The notes under the pieces were generated by a model that did not search any database, was not told where the DNA came from, and was given only the letters and a program-made list of their open reading frames with translations. Positions 15,001-24,600 of a DNA stretch of 64,000 nt are shown here, one piece after another. This DNA is from Mytilus californianus (Eukaryota), in the NCBI RefSeq assembly GCF_021869535.1, contig NW_026262581.1, positions 54,932,001 through 54,996,000 of the forward strand, given 5' to 3'. Numbering within the stretch: position 1 is the stretch's first letter; every line of letters starts with the position of its first letter. The translations under genes and the position numbers were made by a program.

Positions 15001-15441
15001 TTGTCCACATACAGAAAAAAACTTGATCCCCCCTGCATTTTGACCAGCCCCCCTCTCAGATAAAAAATGATAAGTCCCTTATTCAAGTTATTGTTGTGAT
15101 TATTTCTGATAGATTATCATTGATAATCCAACAAGGAACTCATGTCAATGGTAATGTAAAAGCCTTTGGCTTACTTTGACCCGAAGACAAAGGTACAAAA
15201 CTATAATAAATATCTGCCTTTAAAATACTACATATGTCCTAGCATAATATATATTGACCTCAGGCTTACAAGTTACAGATAAGTCACACTATGACAGACA
15301 ACGAGGGGCATATAATAGCGATTGGTGGTGGAAATATTCTATTCTATATATTCTTGATATAAAAAAAAAGATAATCACACGCTGTAATTTCCTTTCATTT
15401 TGCGTTCGTATTCGACTTCTAGAGCCTCCCATCCAGTTCAT
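1..15441 (-). CDS. REDIC1: REDIC1/C12orf40-like protein (regulator of class I crossover intermediates), multi-exon, 3' end beyond window start
   Basis: Phase-consistent exons, all GT-AG: 15441-15379 (MNWMGGSRSRIRTQNERKLQR), 12618-12480 (EFFERKKFADKVQVYRSIGGTGIRKHGLGQDLRAFQTVNVAHSHHK), 10704/10701-10548 (tandem NAGNAG acceptor; GCDTTSRPVKKVDLD...SPTSSVSKISLNEPKYETK), 5530-5413, 1716-1633, and 576 to <1 (192 open codons, S/T-P rich, disordered-looking). The N-terminus matches the MNWVGGSRSR...ERRKQKEYFEK start of human C12orf40 as I recall it. Extra exons may be missed. Confidence 0.8.
914..931 (-). CDS. Candidate 18-nt symmetric microexon of REDIC1 (MTRAAF)
   Basis: TGCAG acceptor at 933/932, GTAAGT donor at 913; phase 0/0 between exons 1716-1633 and 576. 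Confidence 0.35.
1805..2242 (+). mobile_element. Non-autonomous Helentron/HINE-like element
   Basis: T-run start, ATGCCCCC...GGGGGCAT hairpin, (CCGT)n microsatellite, internal duplication; related copy at about 45333-45682. Confidence 0.6.
2650..3290 (-). repeat. 'CAAGGTCA/TGACCTTGA' satellite-like array (HINE family remnant)
   Basis: Repeated ATGAGGTCAAGGTCAGATGAA...CCAAATATAG units; same family at 17560-18350, 41465-42695 and 46214-47236. Confidence 0.65.
4571..5035. mobile_element. MITE with 15-bp TIRs and TA flanks; 5'-truncated near-identical copy at 3299-3671
   Basis: GGTGTAATACCACCA (4571-4585) / TGGTGGTATTACACC (5021-5035), TA on both sides; 3299-3671 vs 4667-5039 differ at 2 of 373 nt by my reading. 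Confidence 0.8.
5870..6590 (-). mobile_element. HINE-like element
   Basis: Internal tandem units (AACAAGCTTCTGTCCAAATTTCAT...GTTTGACAAAG) and a terminal GGATCGCTATATGTCTCGC...GCGAC...GCAGGC motif resembling the end at 47190-47236. Boundaries approximate. Confidence 0.5.
6697..7112 (-). pseudogene. Decayed alternative first exon (or optional 72-nt cassette 6768-6697) in REDIC1 intron 3
   Basis: ATG at 7112; one frame of about 138 codons with only two stops (TGA 6971-6969, TAG 6788-6786); ends at a GTAAGT donor in phase 2, matching the phase-2 acceptor of exon 5530-5413. Confidence 0.4.
8056..10137 (-). mobile_element. HINE-like element(s) with 'AAGGGCAATAACTC' satellite units
   Basis: Inverse-orientation relative of 44008-45333 (AAACAAGAGGCTC...GAGCCTG end; GTGAGCTAA ends near 9320 and 10135). 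Boundaries approximate. Confidence 0.6.
11356..12394. mobile_element. hAT-like MITE with 14-bp TIRs in REDIC1 intron 2
   Basis: CAGGGCTTCCAAAA (11356-11369) / TTTTGGAAGCCCTG (12381-12394); no intact 8-bp TSD; probably carries a second repeat ending ...GTGTACTAGT near 11912. Confidence 0.7.
13957..15078. mobile_element. PIF/Harbinger-like MITE in REDIC1 intron 1
   Basis: TIRs GGGACTTATCATTTTTTA...GGGGGCTGGTCA at both ends; 3-bp direct TTA flanks (13954-13956, 15079-15081). Confidence 0.8.
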
Positions 15442-15620
15442 TTTCAACACCGGCAAAGCAGACGATTGAAGCTCTTCTTCGTTGAAAACCAAGAACAGTA
15501 CAAAGTTCAAAGTCTCGTATCACATGTGATCTGTCATGGAGGGCAAGAGGAGCAAATTTTCAGATTTTGGTTAAATTTTTACGTATTAATGATAAATCAT
15601 CTGTTAACATTCAAAGAACA
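15442..15620. promoter_or_regulatory. Compact bidirectional promoter/5' UTR region between REDIC1 and ABCD
   Basis: 179 bp between divergent ATGs (15441 minus, 15621 plus). Contains the perfect palindrome ATCACATGTGAT (15519-15530, E-box core) and the DR1-like AGTACA-A-AGTTCA (15497-15509). Confidence 0.6.
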
Positions 15621-18600
15621 ATGTCTAAAATGGCAAGATCGATTTTTTCTTCCAAAAGCATGCAGGAAAAGGTTGCTAAAGGAGCTCTATTAGCTATTAT
15701 TCTTGCAATTGGTGCTAAAAAATTGTCTCCAAAATTGAGAAAATTATTATTTGGCTCGAAGAAACGGTCGATTTCAAAAAGCAAAGATTCTTTAGACGAT
15801 GGAAATGGTTCTGTTAATGATAAGAAAGGAAAAGGAAGTTTGAACAAGGAATTTTACAGACAACTTCGTTATCTTCTGAAAATATTGTTCCCAGGGATAT
15901 GGAGCAAAGCTTTTGGCATCCTTACACTTCATACTGGAACTCTAGTCGCAAGAACATTTCTGTCAATTTATGTTTCAATGTTAGATGGAAAAATTGTCAG
16001 AACTATTGTTAGACGTGATCTTAGGGCATTTTTACTTCAACTATCTCAATGGCTTCTTATATCCATTCCTGCAACATTTATTAACAGTTTAATCAGATAC
16101 CTAGAGTGTGAACTTGCTTTAGTTCTCAGAACAAGATTAGTGAATCATGCTTATAATCTGTATTTTGACAATCAAACATATTACAGAGTTAGCAACTTGG
16201 ACAGTAGACTTGCAAATGTTGACCAGTGTCTAACAGATGATATAACCATGTTCACTCAGTCTTTAGCACACTTATATTCACATTTAACCAAACCAATGCT
16301 TGATGTTACATTAATGTCTTTCACATTATACACACTTGCAAACAAAAGAGGAGCAAGTTCGAAATATCCCTCAATAATAGGATCAGTGGTTTTATACGTG
16401 ACAGCTCAAATTCTAAAAGCAATATCACCAAAGTTTGGTAAACTTGTTGCAGAGGAGGCTAGACTCAAAGGAGACCTCAGATTTGTGCATTCAAGAGTAA
16501 TTGCCAATGCTGAGGAAATTGCATTCTATGGTGGCCACAAGGTAAATGTACAGTTATCGTCATAATGTTTAAATATTAACATGATTAACTTGATTAGGTC
16601 GTCTTTGAATATTAAGTATGAACAGGGTTGCAGGCCAGTTCAAAATCTTGTCTGGCTAGTACATGTACAAGATTCCTTATTATTTATTCCTAAAACCACT
16701 GTAGGTAAATAGTAACATAGTAAGTTTCTTAGAAGCATGCTACATAAAGTACATTTATAAGATTTTGAATACTTTAGAAACTTATTAAAAAGTGAAATTT
16801 CAAACCCATATATTTAGGGTAACATGTTTATTAATCATATAGATAGCAAGATTAAAAAGTAAAGTTTATTTTTGTCACACAATTAATTTATTTCTTTATG
16901 TTATTGTCTACTGTCAATGACTGTTGTGATTATTTCAGATAGAGTTGAATCTTCTACAGAAATGCTATAAAAAATTAGCAGAACAAATGCATTTGATATT
17001 TAACAAACGATTGTGGTATATCATGTTTGAACAATTCTTAATGAAATATGTTTGGAGTGCCAGTGGTTTGATTATGGTAGCGATACCTATTCTTACAGCA
17101 AAAGGTGGTGGAATTAGAGCTGATGGTAAGTCTAAGATATCAAGCTTAAGATTTAGGGCACACCTCAATGAAACAGCAACCCAAAAACAATAACTTCATG
17201 GGAAAAAAACCAGCTACATTTACATGTACATGTCAACATACACTGTACAGTCCACTAGTTTTCTATTATATAAAGCTCTAAATCATATGATTACACTGTA
17301 GACAAAGAGACATATATAGTGAACAAATACAGTATAACAAATTTAAAATACACACATATATCTGGCATCAACATAGATAAATTTTAAGGAAAAACATGGA
17401 GATATATATACAAAGATAAAAACTGTCTTGGGACTGGCACACAAAAGTGTACTGTACATGTAGGTTAAACCAGTTTTTACCATCACCAGTGACATTCCTT
17501 AGCAGAAAAGTATGTGGGGGTGATGGCAACATTAAGGATTTGTATAAAGCTTTATATTTCAGGAAGCTGAAGGCCTGGATGCTTCATACATGAATCTCGT
17601 AAACATATGCTTTATGTTTCTGCCTGGCATATATCTGTTGTCATTTAACCTCAAATTTCATGGTTTAGGGATTGCTAAATTTGTATAGGTCTATATCTGA
17701 CACATGATTTTTACACCTATTATGAGTAATAGGCTATCTATAAGAATCATTGGAAGGTCTACATATCCGTCAAACATGGTCCACCTTTCCTTGACCTCAT
17801 TTCATGGACCAGTGATCATCAACATTAAGTTTTTTGTAAATTATTTCTATTTCTCAGATACTATAAGCAATAAGTCAACTATAATTTTGGTGTTAAGAAT
17901 GATTACATATAAAGGTGTACATGTTTGTCTGGCAGGGTTCATCTGACCTTGACCTAATTTTCATGGTTAGGTCTGTTTCTCAGATACTACATATATAAGC
18001 AATAAGTCAACTACAATGTATATGTATGGAATAATTGTAAGGTGTACATGTCTACATTTGTATATTAAGGTTCATCTGACCTTGACCTCATTTTATTGTT
18101 CATTGGTCAATGTTAGGTTTTTGTGGTTGTGCTGGTTTCTTGGTTACTAAAAGTAATACAACAACTATATTTTGTGTATGGAATGATTGCAAAGTGTTCA
18201 TTTGGCTTTGACCTCATGTTCATGGTTCATAGGTCAAAGTTAAGTTTTCGTAGTAAGGTCCCTTTCTCTGATACCATACATTGTAACATAAAGTTCAACT
18301 ATATTTGGCATATGGAATGATTGGAAGGTGAACATGTTGGTCTTGTTAGGTACAAATGTATGGTAATTCTGTAAAGAAGAGTTAAAGTAAACTCAAATAA
18401 TTTTTCTGTAAAAATTATTATTTATAAAAAACGAAAACACAAATAAAAGTTAATAACAGTGAAATTGTAAATGATACCATATTATAGAATGCTCACAGTT
18501 ATTGAAAGCAAAATCAGATGTACATGATGTATGCATTTATGTTTTTGTGTACTGGCTGTTTAAGTACATTCATATAAGTCACTTTTAATAATACATAAAA

Positions 18601-21600
18601 TTGAGAATGGAAATGGGGAATGTGTCAAAGAGACAACAACCCGACCATAGAGCAGACAACAGCCGAAGGCCACCAATGGGTCTTCAATGCAGCGAGAAAC
18701 TCCCGCACCCGGAGGCGTCCTTCAGCTGGCCCCTAAACAAATATGTATACTAGTTCAGTGATAATTGACGTCATTCTAAACTCCAAATTATACACAAGAA
18801 ACTAAAATTAAAAATGATACAAGACTAACAAAGGCCAGAGGCTCCTGACTTGGGACAGGCGCAAAAATGCGGCGGGGTTAAACATGTTTTTTGAGATCTC
18901 AACCCTCCCCCTATACCTCTAGCCAATGTAGAAAAAACAAACGTACAACAGTACGCACAGTAAAACTCAGTTTAAGAGAAGTCCGAGTCCGTTGTCAGAA
19001 TAGGAAAAAAAAGAAAATAAACAAAATGACAATAATACATAAATAACAACAGACTACTAGCAGTTACTGACATGCCAGCTCCAGACCTCAATTAAACTGA
19101 TTGAAAGATTATGTCTTCATCATATGAATATCAGGCACAATCCCTCCTGTTAGGGGTTTAGTATTATACCGTCATAAAATATATGAGAAGAACATATCTG
19201 TTTTCATAGGATCAGAGGTGGATGATGACCCAGATGGAGGTGTAAGCGAAAGAACAAAAGCCTTCACTACAGCTAGGAACTTACTGATTAATTGTGCCGA
19301 TGCTATTGAAAGAATGATGTCTTCTTATAAAGAGGTAAAACAAAGATATGTGAAAGAAAAGTTTTGGACATTTATTTAAACTTAATTAAATTGGGAGGGA
19401 ATATAAGGAACAACAAATGGGAAATCATGGACAGGCTCTGTATTCATTTGGAAAAAAAACGTTTAATTAAGAGTATAATGTTATTACATCCATTTTATAT
19501 ATCACCATAGATACCTTGTGAAACCTGTCGAAACGGAACTTCTTAAGGGCTAAAAAATTTGTTTAGTTTATACAGGTGTTTGGTTTGTACAGGTTCAAAA
19601 TACATCGATAATTCATCAAAAGGGCAACAGGAATCACAAAAATACTGGACAGTACATGTACAACATACATTTATATTCCACCAACTCCTTACTCCTAGAA
19701 AAAGACATTCAAACAACAATCAACAACACATGGTTTAGATGTTTGTATAAAGGGAATTTGGAATTAGTCTGGTTTAGGCAGATTTGGGTTAAGTTCTAGG
19801 TTCAGTGATGACAGGTTCTAATGTAAACTACACTGTATGACTTCAAAGTTAAACTGATCTTTGTATTTTTAAGGACAATGCATTATACATTTATTTATTC
19901 GAGAAAAAAAATTACCCACCTATAATGATAAATAATGTTTTATCCTTCCATAGCCATAGGAGAGTTCCGGGATAGTTGTTATTTCAATGTTGAGGTTGAA
20001 AAGTTCTACCAAATGACATTTTTCTTTGCATCTGGCTAGTTTTTAACACAGAGGAATTGGCAGATGGAAAGATTTAATAGATTTCCACTTCAAAAAATTT
20101 ACTCCACATTTCTATTTTTACCCCTTCACCCTGTCAGATGAAAACCTACCATAAGATGACATAATCAATAAATAATTGATATTTTCATTCAGAAGAGGTT
20201 GTATTGATCCTTAAAAGTCTTTTTCCATAGTAACTTACACATTTTAAGGAACAAACATGGGCAGAAATATGATTTCTTTATATTAGGAGTGACTAGAATA
20301 GTTGTATGGTTGGAAAATTTTATGTACACGTATGATCAAAGTTTATAATATTTTTTACCTTTCAAATATTAGTTGTGTGTATTATCTATGTTTAATATGA
20401 ATTATTTACATTATAGATAACTGAACTAGCTGGATACACATCTAGAGTTTCAGAAATGTTCGAAACTTTCAATGATATCAGACAGGGAAAGTACAAGAGG
20501 ACAATTGTGACAAAGCAAAAAAAGGGAAAGTCAAACTTAAAGAAAATTTCTGGACCATTAGAAATAAAAGGTATTTGATTACATAAATGATTCTGCACCT
20601 TTTGTCAGCAAGTGACCATAAGAGGGCTATAGTTTAGGACCCATAGTCTTAAAACAAAAGTTCTCTCTAGCAAGAGGAAAAAGCAGGAACTCAACTCATT
20701 GATGCTGTATAATATGTATAATTTTTTTGTTCAGATATAGTATCCCTTTTTTTTTTTTTAGCAATTACAGAAATAAACTAGGGATGGCAGTGCTCTCTCA
20801 GTTTCCATAAAATAAAAATGTCTTTTTCCATTATTGAAACACTGGTTTAATTCACTCGTAATCTAGTGCAACGAAAATAGTTGTGTTTATTGATTCAAGC
20901 TTTCATTCTGGTTTATGGTGACAGAATATGGCTTGATGAAAGAACTGTATTGCATATTTATATAATTTTTTTCAGCCTCACCACTTTGATTATGGGAACA
21001 TAACGGTAGATAAAATGGAAATAATATTTTGATTTTAAAATTTAAAGCTAATTTTTTTTTAAAGAACAATAACTGTTAGAGAAATCATGTTTTTTTCATT
21101 AATTATTATTTTATAATGAAGATGACAAGAAAAAATAATATTATCAAAATTCTATGTATTAATTTTATTTTCAGCATATACTTTTCCCAGTACGTGCATA
21201 AGTGTATCCTTTAACAATTAATTTTTTATTATAACATAATAAAACTGTTAATATGCATCTTCACTAGCCAAGGGTTATGATCCAGTCCCCCTCCTCTTAA
21301 CCCTACAAGTTCCGGCTTAATCTGCCAAGGGTGAAGAGGCTACCAAAGATGATTAATATGATGCTGTTCACAGAACTGTGAATGAAAGATCTTAGGATCC
21401 CTTCACAGTTAATATAGTTTTGAATAGCTAATAATAAATTAAATGAATGATTTCAGGGAAGGTAATTGACACAGAGTCTGTTATAGACACAGAAGATTTA
21501 GCCATCATTACACCTAATGGAGATGTTATTGTAGCCAGTCTGACTATGAGGGTAAGTTAGAGGAAAGGACAATTTATTGGAGTAGAAGAAATGAGGAAAA

Positions 21601-24600
21601 AGTCAGCAGTGATTACTTATTTCATAAAAGATGCCGTCAACTGACAATTTTTGGCAGTTTCTGTAACAATTTGAATGAAGTTTATCAATGGATGAATATT
21701 GTGTGGAAATCTTTGCCATAACTACAGAAAAGGAGTTGTTCAAGTTAAACTTATAGTTATCTGCTTTTATTAACTTACAAAAAGTATATACAGTGTTTCT
21801 TTGATAAGGACAATAAATAACCATGAACAATTCAGGCGTTAAAATTTTGATATAAATCAATTTAGTACTCTATACAAGAAATGATATATATAGAAGGAAT
21901 CAATTTTAACATTTAAGATTTTAAAAACTTTTATCTAACTTGCTGTTTATTGAAATAGTGACCTGGGGCTCATGCTACCAGGCAACTGGGGGAAAGAAGT
22001 CACTTTCCTGTCTATCATATAAAAATATGAAGAAGTGGTATGGTTGCCAATGAGACAACATGATTTTTAATATGGTTTAAATTTACTGATAACAAAATCA
22101 ATATTTATACCAATAAAAACAATATTAAAAGATCTAATTACAGTGTTGAATTGGTAACCTTTCAGAATAAGTTTATTTAAAGGATTTATCTGATAAGTTT
22201 ACCCAGATCATATCATTTCTATGTTTAGTAAACATCACCTAAAATTAAGGATGTGCTACTCTGTTTGAAATAAGTTTTCTACAGGAACAGCCAAACTTGC
22301 AAACCAAATCATTGTATCTATGGAAGAATTTAGTAAAGGTTTTAAGGAATTTGTGGTAACGAAATCCCTGACTTAATAATTTACCAGTAATACATAGATT
22401 ACTCTCATTGAAATCCAAAACGTCACTACAGATACTGCTATCAGTAAGGTGTCCCATTTAGAACATTTTAAGTATCTAAATTTACTCACTATATGGTGGC
22501 TGAAATGAATCCAGCCTTTAACTTTTGAAGCAAGCTAAGGTTTTTTCTTAAGTTTCCTTGTTCAAAAACATTTCTTTTTGCTTGGTATTTGAATTTGAAA
22601 CCAAAATGTAAATATCATATTCATTCTTTAAATAAAAAAAAATAGGTCTAACCAAGATATATTACATTATAATTGGTTGAACAGGGGGATAATTCTGGAT
22701 TTTTATTAAAATCTTTCTTATTTCAGGTTGAACCAGGCATGCATCTTCTTATAACTGGACCAAATGGTTGTGGAAAATCCTCATTGTTCAGAATTTTTAG
22801 TGGATTGTGGCCTGTGTACAAAGGAAAACTTCAGAAACCTCCACCAACTTCAATGTTTTATATCCCTCAAAGGTATCAATTTATTTTGTAAATTAAATAG
22901 TATTTTATGATCTTCTTTATAGGGATTTATTTTTGTCAGGGGTTTTAGTTTTTTGTGGATAATATATATACATGATATAAAACAGCAAATTATCAAAACT
23001 AAGAGTTTAATAAAAATTCTAGAATGAAGATAGATTTCAAATTAGAATCTCCACAGAGATTTCGTTATGTAAACAAACACAGCTTGTGTGTATTGTCCAA
23101 TGTCAAGGTTCTTTGAGCAAATATCATTTCCATTTTGCTTTTCACACAAGTTCAATGGATACATACCTCTACAACCTGGCATTTGACAATTCTGGAATGT
23201 TTACAATATTACCTTGGCTAGTTTGGAATAAGAATAGCAGATCTACCATTCTGGAGTGTCTTACATTAAATTGATCTTTTTTCCAAGGTATCATTATATT
23301 TTTACCATTTCAGAATGGTAACCGTACATACCATTGAAAATGATACTTTACAAATTTGGTGTGTCGAAAGCGCTTTCATCAATAACACTTGAATCCCAAA
23401 ATTTAAAAGCCTTGGATACATGAACACTTGACAAGCTATTCCACAAAAAGGGATCAAAAAATCATAGCCAACACCGTCAGGTCAACTTTGCCTGTGGGAT
23501 TTTGAACCTTAGATTTCTTCATTTATTAACAGAAAATTTTGGAAATCAAATGGTGAGGCACTAACTACTAGGCTGATTATGTATCGAACCACTATTAGAA
23601 AATGAAAACTTGTTAAAAATTTTTTGCATCGGAAGCGCTTATCTGGATTTATCGGGTCAAGTAGTAAATAGGGGATTGTTGTTCCATCAGAAGAATTGAG
23701 GGGTAAATCAGTTTATATGTACATAAGTTGACAGGTTGACAGTTTTAATTTTTATGTACATAGGTCGACAGATCAACAGTTTGAAAGGTCGACATAAATA
23801 AATGGGCATTATTGGTAAACTCTCGACTGTCAAACACTATTTCATCATTTCTTTTTAAAGTTTTTGTCAACTGTCGACCTGTCTACTTGTCAACTGTCAA
23901 CCTGTTGACCTGTCAACTGTCTACTTGTTTTAAGATTGTTACCACTTAAGCATTATTCTGGTGTAATGAAATAATTTGATTTTGTTGACTTCATTTACGT
24001 CAACTGTCGACCTGTCAACTTACAAGAATACACAAGTGTACGAATTTATTATAAAAGCTGGAACTGTATTACCATTTATCCTACATGAGCCGATTCATCT
24101 TCATCAGGAATGTTCCAATCCTAATATTTGAAAGCCAGGAATGTATACATAATTGACAAGTTATACAAAAACGAGGGTCCTAAGTCTTAAAATAATAGCA
24201 AAAGTCATCTAAGGTCAACTAAAAGCTGCCTTTTGATACATTCATCTACTGTCTATTAATATATTCATATAAATTGTCTATTTGAAAATCAAAATACAGA
24301 TGCCATGCTATTGACATTATGTAATTTAATTTAAAATATTTTTTTATAGACCCTATATGTCTATAGGAACATTGAGAGACCAAGTGATATATCCAGATAA
24401 TGTAGAGGATATGAAGAAGAAAGGCATGATTGAAAAAGACTTAATGAATATACTGAATATAGTCAACTTGCAACACATAGTTGACAGGGAAGGAGGTATA
24501 TTGTTTAAAATTTTTAAATTAAAATGTTTTTTTACTTGGTTTGTCCTGTCATTTTGTATGTGGGGCATGCATAAAATTGAGAATGGAAACAGGGAATGTG

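Noticed and set aside
15567-15620. TTG-initiated 18-aa N-terminal extension of ABCD in the ORF track
   Set aside because: Non-ATG start; ATG 15621 gives a 740-aa protein of the expected family length.
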